Shown here one piece after another: positions 34,603 to 43,691 of a DNA stretch of 64,000 nucleotides. Under the pieces are notes generated by a model. The model was given only the letters and a program-made list of their open reading frames with translations, was not told the origin of the DNA and made no database searches. The stretch comes from Clostridia bacterium (lineage in GTDB: Bacteria; Bacillota; Clostridia; Oscillospirales; CAG-272). The stretch's first letter is position 1. Every line of letters begins with the position of its first letter. The stretch is from the NCBI GenBank assembly GCA_017415485.1, contig JAFQGP010000075.1:635-64634 (forward strand), in the 5' to 3' direction. The translations under genes were made by a program, and so were the position numbers.

Positions 34603-35913
34603 ATGAAAAATGCTATTAAAAACGCCGTTGCCGAGGCTGCAAAGGCTTACGGTGCTGAAGGCTATGAAGTAAAAATGGGTTCCTCCACCAGCGCGGCTGT
34701 TGAGGCACTTAAGGACGATATTTCTTCGGTTACTTATGACAAGAGCAAGAGCATCAGCGTAAGATGCGTCAAGGGCGGAAAGAGCGGCTATGCTTCGGGC
34801 AATATCGTAACTCCCGAGGAGGCTGCAGAGCTCGTTCGCCGCGCTTGCGAAAGCGCGCTTGTCGTTGACGACGCGGACGAGGTTCCACTTTTCGAGGGCT
34901 CGCCCGAATATAAGGAAGTTGAAAAGAAGGAAGTCGTCATTCCCTCCGCTGAAGAGATGATCAAGGAAACTATGGATATGCAGACCAAGATCATGGCTTG
35001 CGAGAAGGTAGTTGAGGGTTCGCAGAGCTTCATGCAGGTTTCTGCATCCGAGTCGAGCTTCTTCAACTCCGCGGGACTTGATCTCGATTATGAATCGGGC
35101 TACGTTGCAAAGGGCGCAGTTGCCGCTGTCAAGGACGGCGACGACGCGGAAGAGAACTACGAAATGAAGTTTGCGGACGAGATCTCGAACGATGAGCTCG
35201 TCAAGCTCGCATACGACGGCGCAGTTGCAAAGCTCGGCGGCAAGCCCGTTGACTCGGGCAAGTACAATATCATTATGGAACGCGGCGCAATGCGCTCGAT
35301 TATCAGCGTATTCTCGGGACTTTTCTCGGCGCGTTCGGCATTCCTCAAGACCACGATGTTCGCGGGCAAGGAAGGCGAGAAGGTTGCGGCTGACATAGTC
35401 ACCCTCATCGATGACCCCTTCCACGAGAAGAAGTTCGGTCATTGCCCCTTCGACGCAGAGGGCGTAGCGGTCTACACCAAGAGCGTAATCGAGGACGGTA
35501 CGCTCAAGACCCTCCTTTATAACCGTATGTACGCAAAGAAGTTCGACACCGAGACCACCGGTAACGCGACCAGCGCAAAGGGCATCGGCGTTCAGGGGCT
35601 CTATCTCAAGCCCGGTGAGCTTACCGAGGAAGAGCTTCTCGCAAAGCTCGGCGACGGACTTTATATCACCGATCTCAGCGGTCTGCACGCAGGCGTAAAC
35701 GCTGTCAGCGGCGATTTCTCGCTCCAGGCGGCAGGATTCCTCGTCGAGGGCGGCAAGAAGACCCGCGCTGTCAAGAATATCACGGTTGCGGACAACTTCT
35801 ACAAGCTCATCTTCAAGGTCACCGCAATTGCAAACAACCTCAGCTTCGGCACAGGTTCGAGCTTCGGTGCTCCCGACGTAATGTTCTCGGATATTGCTAT
35901 CTCCGGCAACTAA
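34603..35913 (+). CDS. pmbA: PmbA/TldE-family protein
   Basis: 436 aa. C-terminal GLHAGVNAVSGDFSLQAAGFLVEGGK is typical of the TldD/PmbA fold but lacks HExxH. Follows tldD. Confidence 0.85.
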   Translation: MKNAIKNAVAEAAKAYGAEGYEVKMGSSTSAAVEALKDDISSVTYDKSKSISVRCVKGGKSGYASGNIVTPEEAAELVRRACESALVVDDADEVPLFEGSPEYKEVEKKEVVIPSAEEMIKETMDMQTKIMACEKVVEGSQSFMQVSASESSFFNSAGLDLDYESGYVAKGAVAAVKDGDDAEENYEMKFADEISNDELVKLAYDGAVAKLGGKPVDSGKYNIIMERGAMRSIISVFSGLFSARSAFLKTTMFAGKEGEKVAADIVTLIDDPFHEKKFGHCPFDAEGVAVYTKSVIEDGTLKTLLYNRMYAKKFDTETTGNATSAKGIGVQGLYLKPGELTEEELLAKLGDGLYITDLSGLHAGVNAVSGDFSLQAAGFLVEGGKKTRAVKNITVADNFYKLIFKVTAIANNLSFGTGSSFGAPDVMFSDIAISGN

Positions 35914-35937
35914 AAACATAAAAGGACTGTAATTATT

Positions 35938-37023
35938 ATGAATAAGGTAAGAATTGGTATAATCGGCTGCGGCGGCATTGCTAACGGCAAGCATATGCCC
36001 TCTCTCGCGAAGCTGAAGAACGTTGAAATGGTCGCTTTCTGCGACATCGTAATCGATAAGGCAGAAAAGGCTGCCGCAAAATTCGGAACTCCCGATGCAA
36101 AGGTTTATGAAAACTACAAGGAACTCCTTGCTGACGAGACCATCGACGTGGTTCACGTTTGCACCCCCAACCGTTCGCATTCCTTCATCACAGTTGACGC
36201 CCTCGAGGCAGGCAAGCACGTAATGTGCGAGAAGCCGATGGCAATCAACTCGGTTGAGGCAAAGAAGATGCTCGACGCCGCTGAAAGAACCGGCAAGAAG
36301 CTCTCCATCGGCTATCAGACACGTAACCGCGCGGATGCCGTTTACCTCAAGAAGCTCGTTGACGACGGTATGTTCGGCGATATCTACTACGCGAAGGCAA
36401 CCGCTCTTCGCCGCCGCGCAGTTCCCACCTGGGGCGTGTTCCTCAACGAATATGAGCAGGGCGGCGGTCCTCTGATCGACATCGGAACCCACGCGCTCGA
36501 CCTCACACTTTATATGCTGAATAACTATAAGCCCAAGTATTGCGTCGGTACCGCGTACCACAAGCTCTCGCAGGGCGATCCCGAGCATCAGGGCAACGCG
36601 TGGGGCAACTGGGATCCCGAGAAGTTTACTGTTGAGGATTCCGCGTTCGGTTTCGTTGTTATGGAAAACGGCGCGACAATCAATCTTGAATCCGCTTGGG
36701 CACTCAACGTGGCTGACCCCCGCGAGGCTGTGACCTCCTTCTGCGGCACTCTTGCAGGCGCGGATATGAACAATGGCCTCCGCATCAACGGCGTTGCACA
36801 CAACGCGCAGTATGAGTTCAAGCCCAACCTTGACGCCAAGGGCGCGGCATTCTTCGACGGCCACGGCAACGAATCCCCCGCCGACCGCGAGGCAAGGCTC
36901 TGGATCGAGGCTATCGTAAACGATACCACTCCCCTCGTCACTCCCGAGCAGGCTTATACCGTAACAAGAATTCTTGAAGGTATCTATACTTCGGCTAAGA
37001 CGGGAGATATCTATAGATTTTAA
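35938..37023 (+). CDS. Gfo/Idh/MocA-family oxidoreductase
   Basis: IGIIGCGGIANGKH Rossmann motif and the EKP motif (MCEKPMA). Confidence 0.85.
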   Translation: MNKVRIGIIGCGGIANGKHMPSLAKLKNVEMVAFCDIVIDKAEKAAAKFGTPDAKVYENYKELLADETIDVVHVCTPNRSHSFITVDALEAGKHVMCEKPMAINSVEAKKMLDAAERTGKKLSIGYQTRNRADAVYLKKLVDDGMFGDIYYAKATALRRRAVPTWGVFLNEYEQGGGPLIDIGTHALDLTLYMLNNYKPKYCVGTAYHKLSQGDPEHQGNAWGNWDPEKFTVEDSAFGFVVMENGATINLESAWALNVADPREAVTSFCGTLAGADMNNGLRINGVAHNAQYEFKPNLDAKGAAFFDGHGNESPADREARLWIEAIVNDTTPLVTPEQAYTVTRILEGIYTSAKTGDIYRF

Positions 37024-37079
37024 AACAATAGTTTAATTCGTAAAAGCAGGTCAACTCGATGGACAGAAGGAGAATAGAA

Positions 37080-38603
37080 ATGAAAAATAATATATGTAAT
37101 CGTATTATTGCTCTTGTAATGTCTATGATCATGATGACATTTGTTTTCACTTCCTGCGCCGATCATCCTGATCCGGAAATTACAACAGAAACTCCCCAAG
37201 CAAACACTCAAGCTCCGGCAGATGAAACGACCTCCGATCCGCGTTATGATTCGAAGGGATATCTGAAAGACGACATTCCTGCTGATCTGGACTACGGAGG
37301 TAAAACTATCAACCTGTTGGTTTGGGATGACGTTGAGCATGAAGAGTTTTTCATCGCTTACGAGGAACTTGGCGGAGATATTGTTGATCAGTCTATCTAT
37401 GACAGAAATGCAAAGGTCGAATCAAGGCTTGGAGTTACACTGTCATTTATACGTGTTAAAGGCAATTCGGAAAATATTTCTTCTTGGAACTCTTATGTAA
37501 ATAACTCTGTGTCCACCAATGCGAAAGAATTTGATATTCTTGCGGGTTATTCGATCTCCATAGCAAAATGTGCTTCGAGCGGATATCTTTATAATATGCT
37601 TGACAAGGAATGCGAGTATCTCAATTTTGAACAGCCTTGGTGGAGTCAGTTGTTGCTCGAACAGGCTACTTTCGGTGATAATCTCTATTTTGCGTCGGGC
37701 GATATTTCGCGAAATGCGCTTGAGATGATGTATGTTTGTTATGTGCAAAACGGTCTTCTTGCTCAATATAATCTTCAGAACCCTCAGGAGGTCGTTCCAT
37801 CCGGCGATTGGACTTATGAAAAGTTTATCGAAATGTGCAAGGGTGTATATAAGGACGACGGAGACGGAGCAAAGAATTGCACAAAGGAATCGGGCGATGT
37901 GTTTGGCTACGTTACCTCGCGTATTCATGTTGACCCTTGGTTCTACGGATCGGGTGCAACGATATGCGAACGCAACGAAAGCGGAGAGATCATTGAATCT
38001 CCTTCATTCACCGGTGAGCGTGTAGCTAATACCGTTGATATGCTGACAGAATTGCTTCACAAGAGCAATGACGGAATCTTCACATCCGAAGTTACACATC
38101 AGGACGCGTTTGGGCAGGGAAGGACCCTTTTTATGATCGAACGCGCGAGAGTTTCGCATAATACGTTGGCTAAGAAATACGGAGATGTTACATTCTCGGT
38201 TGTTCCCTGTCCCAAGTATGACAAAGATCAGGAAAAATATATTACCGTAATGGGCAATCCATTCACCCTTTATGCTATCGCATCGGATATTGGCGATCCG
38301 AAAATGGCATCTGCCTTCATCGAGTGTTTTGCTTCGGAAGGCTACCGACAGGTAACCCCCGCGGTATTTGAGCTTTCTCTCAAGACAAGATACGTTTCCG
38401 ATTCAGTTTCGGGAGTTATGTATGATTTGATAAGAGAAAACGTCACCTATGATGTTGGACGTCTCTTCTCGGATGAGCTTATCGGTCAGAATAACTTCAG
38501 AAAGGCTATATCCGATGACCAAAACTGGGGTTCTGTAGCAGTTCAGGCATCGAAGACGCTTGCAAGACAGCTTGTAAAGCTAAACCAAGCGCTTAATAAG
38601 TAA
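37080..38603 (+). CDS. large extracellular solute-binding lipoprotein (paralogous in type to 12051-13619)
   Basis: Start at MKNNICN after AAGGAG. Lipobox FTSC. Same architecture and scattered shared motifs (e.g. PWWSQ versus PYWSQ) with the other binding protein. No permease genes nearby. Confidence 0.75.
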   Translation: MKNNICNRIIALVMSMIMMTFVFTSCADHPDPEITTETPQANTQAPADETTSDPRYDSKGYLKDDIPADLDYGGKTINLLVWDDVEHEEFFIAYEELGGDIVDQSIYDRNAKVESRLGVTLSFIRVKGNSENISSWNSYVNNSVSTNAKEFDILAGYSISIAKCASSGYLYNMLDKECEYLNFEQPWWSQLLLEQATFGDNLYFASGDISRNALEMMYVCYVQNGLLAQYNLQNPQEVVPSGDWTYEKFIEMCKGVYKDDGDGAKNCTKESGDVFGYVTSRIHVDPWFYGSGATICERNESGEIIESPSFTGERVANTVDMLTELLHKSNDGIFTSEVTHQDAFGQGRTLFMIERARVSHNTLAKKYGDVTFSVVPCPKYDKDQEKYITVMGNPFTLYAIASDIGDPKMASAFIECFASEGYRQVTPAVFELSLKTRYVSDSVSGVMYDLIRENVTYDVGRLFSDELIGQNNFRKAISDDQNWGSVAVQASKTLARQLVKLNQALNK

Positions 38604-38605
38604 CA

Positions 38606-39913
38606 ATGGAATACTACCTTAACCCCAACGACCCGCGATTTATGGGCAAAGACGATTCAGAATCGATACAGAATGCGGTCAACGCCGCGGAAAACGGAGA
38701 AGTCCGAACAGTTATCATTCCTCGCAGATGCGAGAGAACGGGACTTGACGAATGGACTATATGCCGTTCGATATTGCTTCCTTCCAATATTACCGTTATT
38801 CTTGACGACTGTCACCTCACCCTCGCCGAGGGTGTTTATGAGAATATCTTCCGAAACAAGAATATGTATACCGATGTGTCGCTTTCTTCGGAAGGAATTC
38901 AGCGCGGTATTCGCATAATCGGCAGAGGCAATGCCGTGCTCGACGGCGGTAAGGGCAACGATCTCAACCAGAAAACGTCTTGCCTCGACGGCCGTCCGCA
39001 CGTGCGGTTCAACAATTTCGTCCTGCTTCAACACGTGGAAGATTACGTGCTTGAAAATTTCAAGTGCATCAATATGCGCTGGTGGGCGATCAATCAGATC
39101 TGCTGTAAGCACGGAAGGCTCTCAAACTTGAGCTTTTTCAACGGCGTGAAGATACCGAATCAGGATGGGATCAACCTTCGCATTGGCTGCTCGGATATAC
39201 TTATCGAAAATATCACGGGCAGAACGGGCGATGACGTTGTCGCGCTGACCGCACTACCGCTTGGTTCAGACAAGGATCTCGTGCCCGAGGACGGTGATAT
39301 CGACATCCACGACGTAACCATCCGTAACGTTCGCGCGCACACCCGCCAGTCGGTCGTGGCTCTGAGAAATCAGGACGGCTCGAAGCTTTATCGCATATCG
39401 ATCGAGAATATTGCCGACGTCGGCGGCGAGTACGGGCCTTGGGGAGTAGTTCGAATCGGTGAAAATAACTATTTCCGAAGCCGACCCTCGGTGCTCGGAG
39501 AAACCTATGAGATCAACGTCCGCGGAGTGTATTCACTCTGCAGAGGCACCGTTTTTGTCAACGCAACGCTCAAGGATTCGTCGATCCGCGACGTTTACGC
39601 GGGCGGTACGTCAATGGCGGCGGTTTCGACCTTCAGAATGCCGAGCAGATCCTGGGTCGGATGCATGATCGAAGGCGGCGTGACGATGCAGAATGTCGTG
39701 TTCGAAAATATCCATTACAACGGCTCGGCGGGGCATCCCGATGAAAATAAGCTCAATTTCCCCGGCACGGACTATCCCGGCTGCGCGCTTGATTTCAGAT
39801 GTATGCGCGAATGCGACACCCTTGACAGGGTAGTGTTCAGAGATATTTTCACCCGCGAAGGCGCAGAACTTGCTATGATAGACGAAAGATTTGCGCTTGA
39901 TATAAGAAATTAA
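38606..39913 (+). CDS. right-handed beta-helix protein, GH28-like (polygalacturonase-type motifs), no signal peptide
   Basis: NQDGINL ... GRTGDDVVAL ... resembles the GH28 NTDG / G(D)DC(I)A catalytic motifs. 435 aa. Confidence 0.6.
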   Translation: MEYYLNPNDPRFMGKDDSESIQNAVNAAENGEVRTVIIPRRCERTGLDEWTICRSILLPSNITVILDDCHLTLAEGVYENIFRNKNMYTDVSLSSEGIQRGIRIIGRGNAVLDGGKGNDLNQKTSCLDGRPHVRFNNFVLLQHVEDYVLENFKCINMRWWAINQICCKHGRLSNLSFFNGVKIPNQDGINLRIGCSDILIENITGRTGDDVVALTALPLGSDKDLVPEDGDIDIHDVTIRNVRAHTRQSVVALRNQDGSKLYRISIENIADVGGEYGPWGVVRIGENNYFRSRPSVLGETYEINVRGVYSLCRGTVFVNATLKDSSIRDVYAGGTSMAAVSTFRMPSRSWVGCMIEGGVTMQNVVFENIHYNGSAGHPDENKLNFPGTDYPGCALDFRCMRECDTLDRVVFRDIFTREGAELAMIDERFALDIRN

Positions 39914-39936
39914 TAATTATATTTAGGAGAAAAAAC

Positions 39937-40905
39937 ATGAAACTTTGTGTTCTTGAAAATCTTTACGGAAACAAGACTCTTGAGGAGTCTTTGTCGATCC
40001 TTACCTCGCTTGGCGTACATACCGTTGAGGTTGGCGCGGGCGGATATCCCGGAAAGGCTCATTGCAATCCCGCAGAGCTTCTTGCCGACGAGGCAAAGTA
40101 CAACGCTTTCGTTGAAACCTTTAAGAAATTCGACGTCGAGATCGCGGCGCTGGCTTGCCACGGCAACCCCCTGCATCCCGACAAGGCTATCGCAGCGCAG
40201 TTTGACAAGGACTTCCGCGAGGCTATCCTTCTTGCAGAAAAGCTCGGCGTTAAGACTATCATCGGCTTCTCGGGCTGTCCCGGCGACAGCGAGGGCTCGA
40301 AGTACCCCAACTGGGTAACCTGCCCCTGGCCCGATGACTTCCTCACCATTCTTGAATGGCAGTGGAACGAGAAGGTAATTCCTTACTGGCAGGAAATGGG
40401 CGCATTTGCGACTGCTCACGGCGTTGAGCATATCGCATTCGAGATGCACCCCGGCTTCTGCGTATACAATCCCGAAACACTCCTGAGGCTCCGCGCGGCT
40501 GTCGGTCCCGTTATCGGCGCAAACGTTGACCCCTCCCACCTTATCTGGCAGGGAATGGATCCCGTTGCCGCTATCCGCGAGCTCAAGGGCGCGATCTATC
40601 ACTTCCACGCGAAGGATACCAAGGTCGATAAGTATAACACCGCAAAGAACGGCGTTCTCGATACCAAGCATTACAGCGACGAGCTTAACCGCGCGTGGGT
40701 ATTCCGCGCAGTCGGATTCGGTAACAACGAGTCTTATTGGAGAGATATCATCTCCAACCTCCGCCTCTGCGGCTACGACGGAGCTATCTCCATCGAGCAC
40801 GAGGATAGCATTATGACAGTCGACGAGGGACTCCGCAAGGCGATTTCTGTGCTTGCTCCCATCGTAATGACAGAGGATAAGCCGAGAACGATTTCTTGGG
40901 CATAA
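39937..40905 (+). CDS. sugar phosphate isomerase/epimerase (xylose-isomerase-like TIM barrel)
   Basis: Pattern IAFEMHPG...DPSHLIWQG...HFHAKD...SIEHED of the AP_endonuc_2/TIM family. Confidence 0.8.
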   Translation: MKLCVLENLYGNKTLEESLSILTSLGVHTVEVGAGGYPGKAHCNPAELLADEAKYNAFVETFKKFDVEIAALACHGNPLHPDKAIAAQFDKDFREAILLAEKLGVKTIIGFSGCPGDSEGSKYPNWVTCPWPDDFLTILEWQWNEKVIPYWQEMGAFATAHGVEHIAFEMHPGFCVYNPETLLRLRAAVGPVIGANVDPSHLIWQGMDPVAAIRELKGAIYHFHAKDTKVDKYNTAKNGVLDTKHYSDELNRAWVFRAVGFGNNESYWRDIISNLRLCGYDGAISIEHEDSIMTVDEGLRKAISVLAPIVMTEDKPRTISWA

Positions 40906-40916
40906 TCCGAACAACA

Positions 40917-41085
40917 GCGGAAAGTTTTTTGGAAATTCTTAAGAAACTTTTTTTCAAAAAAGTTTCTTAAGTCGCACTCCGCAGAGTGCGAAATTCCCCT
41001 TGTGCTTCGAACCGCCTGCGCCCCGCAGGCGGTTCGGAAGGATTAAACCCACCCCTCGCGGGTGGGTTTAATCCTTCACTACTAT
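40917..41085. repeat. four-hairpin structured repeat, copy A
   Basis: Hairpins at 40938-40971, 40971-40990, about 41007-41039 and 41041-41073. The core CTTAAGTCGCACTCCGCAGAGTGCGAAATTCCCCTTGTGCTTCG recurs inverted at 49301-49350. Confidence 0.8.
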
Positions 41086-41101
41086 ACTATGAGGTGTAAC
41101 T

Positions 41102-41926
41102 ATGTATAAAAGAATCCTCCTCGCCCTCGATCTTGAAGGCGTAAATAACGTCAAGGGCGTTCCCTACGAAGCACTCTCAAAGGACACCGACGAATGGAAG
41201 ATCGCAAAATCGCAAGCCGCTCTTGAGATCAACGCCGCGGCTGATGCCCTTTTCCGCGCGGGTGCCGAGCGAGTTGATCTTTGGGATAACCACGGCGGCG
41301 GTCATAATATCGATCCCGCAGACCTCGACCCGCGCATCATGCTCCTTGATCCCGACCTTTCAAAACCGAGAATGTATTTTGCCGATGACTACGACTGCGT
41401 CTGCTACTTCGGCTATCACGCAATGGAGGGCACCCTCGGCGGCGTGCTGGCGCATACTATGAGCAGTAAGACCGTGCAGTTCTATAAGCTGAACGGCAAA
41501 TATATCGGCGAGATCGATATGGACGCCTATATCGCCGCATCGCACGGTAAGCCCTCTGTGTTCTTCGCGGGCGGTAATATCGCGTGCTCGCAGGCAAAAC
41601 ACGCCGTGGAGTCGATCGTTACCGTCATCACAAAGCACGAGATCTCGCGAAATGAAGCCGAATTCCGCGACAATTCCGAGCTTTTTGCCGAAATAGGCAA
41701 AAAGATCACCGAAGCGGTAAATACTGAACACGGATATAAAACGCTTGATTTCCCCGCGAGATTTGAAAAATCCTTCAAACGAGTTGAGGACACGGCAAAG
41801 TATCTTGCCCGCTTGCAAAAAAGAGGCATCGAAGCTGAATACCTCACCGATGAAGTCCTCGGCAAAGACGCCCATACCGTCGTTTCCACGGTTCACAATA
41901 TTGAGGAATTTATTGTTTGCATATAA
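41102..41926 (+). CDS. M55-family D-aminopeptidase (Bacillus DppA-like)
   Basis: ILLALDLEGV..., FGYHAMEGT and GVLAHT motifs. 274 aa. Confidence 0.75.
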   Translation: MYKRILLALDLEGVNNVKGVPYEALSKDTDEWKIAKSQAALEINAAADALFRAGAERVDLWDNHGGGHNIDPADLDPRIMLLDPDLSKPRMYFADDYDCVCYFGYHAMEGTLGGVLAHTMSSKTVQFYKLNGKYIGEIDMDAYIAASHGKPSVFFAGGNIACSQAKHAVESIVTVITKHEISRNEAEFRDNSELFAEIGKKITEAVNTEHGYKTLDFPARFEKSFKRVEDTAKYLARLQKRGIEAEYLTDEVLGKDAHTVVSTVHNIEEFIVCI

Positions 41927-41933
41927 AGAAATA

Positions 41934-41976
41934 ACGGATACTCAACCCCTTTCGGGAAATTGAGTATCCGCTTTTT
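41934..41976. terminator. bidirectional terminator between the peptidase gene and the phage-like operon
   Basis: ACGGATACTCAA...TTGAGTATCCGC followed by TTTTT. Confidence 0.75.
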
Positions 41977-41982
41977 GATTAT

Positions 41983-42372
41983 TTAATCGGGATATACGTC
42001 AGCCGTGGAGCCCTTAACGAAGGGGATTTCGGCGGAGATGGCGGCGAGGGCGTCGCACCATCGGTCGAAGAGCTTTTCGTAAAGCTCGGTGTCCTCGTCG
42101 AGGATCAGCATTGCTGCCATATAATATGCCGCGGCGGGCGCGAATCGGTCGGAAAGGGGAAAATCCGAATCGAGGCTGAGAAAGAGAGCGGGGAAGGGCT
42201 CGGCTTCATCAAGCCCAAAGGCTTTGCGGTAGGCTCTGTCGAGCGCCGCCGCCTCGGTGCAGAGCGCTGCGCCTATGTAAGGTGCGCGCTCCGCAAGCTC
42301 GGACTCGGAGATCGAGTCGCTCACCTCGCCGATAAGTCGCAGGGCGGTATCGTAAACGCTTTGCAGGGTCAT
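41983..42372 (-). CDS. small phage protein, possible head-tail adaptor/head completion protein
   Basis: 129 aa. Last gene of the head operon, directly after the capsid gene. Assigned by position only. Confidence 0.4.
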   Translation of the reverse strand: MTLQSVYDTALRLIGEVSDSISESELAERAPYIGAALCTEAAALDRAYRKAFGLDEAEPFPALFLSLDSDFPLSDRFAPAAAYYMAAMLILDEDTELYEKLFDRWCDALAAISAEIPFVKGSTADVYPD

Positions 42373-42393
42373 TCTTTACCTGCCTTTCGGGAC

Positions 42394-43212
42394 TTACGCG
42401 GCAACGGTAAGGTCGAGTCTTACCATCTCGGTGGGATAGATGACCTGCGCGCCGTAGAGGTGAAGTCCCTTAACGGCATCTGCAAAACGTCTTTCGGGGC
42501 GGTAAGCATCGATCTCGGAAAGCTGCTCGGCGAAAGCGATGGCACGCTTGGAACGAGCCACGCACTTGTGTACGTTTTCTGCGACAACAACGTTGTTGGA
42601 AACGTATACCTTGCAGCCCGCAACGTAACCGATGCAACCTGCCTCGAGAGCGGTATCGTTGTTGGAGACGTTGATCTTGCTCTTGAGGATCAGCGCGCCG
42701 ACTGCGGGGGATACTTCAACGACGATATCGCCCGGATCATAGACGTTGTTTTCAAGAAGCTTGGTGCGCGCGTCGATAATGAGACCGAGAATGTTGTCCA
42801 CGTTTGCGGTGGCTTCGATGTTGGATCCCGCAAAGGCGCAAAGGGAGAAGATGTACTGATCCGCTGTGTTTGCAAGTGCTGCCGCGGCATTCTTTACAGC
42901 GGCATCCATGAGTCTAGGCTCGCTCTGTGCGCGGTCGATGTCATCGATCTGGAAGTTGAATGCCTTCGCCTGATCGATCCTCATTGTCTTGACGCCGTCC
43001 GAAAGCTCCTGCGCGCCGGTTTCGAAATCAGTATTCTTGGTATAGTCAAAGACGTTGATGTCGCCGATGCCGCAGATCTTTACACGGTCGCCTCGGTTTT
43101 TGATCTCGCCCTCAAACTCACGGTTGCAGTTTGCGACGGCGATGTACTTTTTGTCCATCTGGGAAAGAAGAGTTTCGCTCCATACGGTAGATATAAAGTT
43201 TGTAAGTGACAT
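42394..43212 (-). CDS. putative major capsid protein
   Basis: 272 aa, immediately downstream of the scaffold-like gene. The N-terminus MSLTNFISTVWSETLLSQMDK.. resembles P22-coat-like or other small capsid proteins. Mainly positional. Confidence 0.55.
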   Translation of the reverse strand: MSLTNFISTVWSETLLSQMDKKYIAVANCNREFEGEIKNRGDRVKICGIGDINVFDYTKNTDFETGAQELSDGVKTMRIDQAKAFNFQIDDIDRAQSEPRLMDAAVKNAAAALANTADQYIFSLCAFAGSNIEATANVDNILGLIIDARTKLLENNVYDPGDIVVEVSPAVGALILKSKINVSNNDTALEAGCIGYVAGCKVYVSNNVVVAENVHKCVARSKRAIAFAEQLSEIDAYRPERRFADAVKGLHLYGAQVIYPTEMVRLDLTVAA

Positions 43213-43247
43213 TATTTAAGTTCCTTTCTTATTTTGAATTTTTTGTT

Positions 43248-43691
43248 TTAGTGCCAGCTCTTCATTGAGCGGCGGATCTTTTCGATGTTTTTTCTGACCT
43301 CGGCGGGTTTCATTGCGCGAACCTCGGCGGGGGAATAGAGGCTGTCCTCGGCACTTTCTATTCTGCCGAAGGATTGCTCGCGTGCTTTGCGGTATGCACG
43401 CGCGATCTTGATCTGTTCCACCTCGCGACGGCGAAGCTCAAGCGCGTATGCCGCGGCGGGAGGTATTCCGCGTTCAAGCGCGGCATTGAAGGAATCGGGA
43501 AGCGTGGAGATATCCGCATCGGGGTAAAGCTCGGTAAATTCGCGCCACCCCTCGGTGATCTCTCTGGCGGCACGCTCGGCTTTTTCAAGCTTTGCACGCA
43601 AGTCATCAAGCTCGGTGTGAAGATCGGGTTCGACCGTGTCGGCTTCCTCCGCAAGTACTTCTTCGGTTATCAGATCAATCGTTTCGTCCAT
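43248..43691 (-). CDS. putative scaffolding protein
   Basis: 147 aa, highly charged and predicted helical (DDLRAKLEKAERAAREITEGW...). AGGAGG precedes the ATG at 43691. Overlaps the portal stop. Sits between portal and capsid. Confidence 0.55.
   Translation of the reverse strand: MDETIDLITEEVLAEEADTVEPDLHTELDDLRAKLEKAERAAREITEGWREFTELYPDADISTLPDSFNAALERGIPPAAAYALELRRREVEQIKIARAYRKAREQSFGRIESAEDSLYSPAEVRAMKPAEVRKNIEKIRRSMKSWH

Noticed and set aside
33157-36864. A 1235-aa ORF on the minus strand spanning three plus-strand genes (tldD, pmbA, oxidoreductase) and two intergenic gaps
   Set aside because: The plus-strand products have unambiguous family motifs (HEACGH, TldD/PmbA C-terminal pattern, Rossmann + EKP). 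The minus-strand translation is Ala/Val/Gly/Leu/Arg-rich with no motif, no SD and no start context. It lies in the codon-aligned antisense frame, where stops arise only from sense TTA/CTA/TCA codons, which this genome evidently avoids. Shadow ORF.
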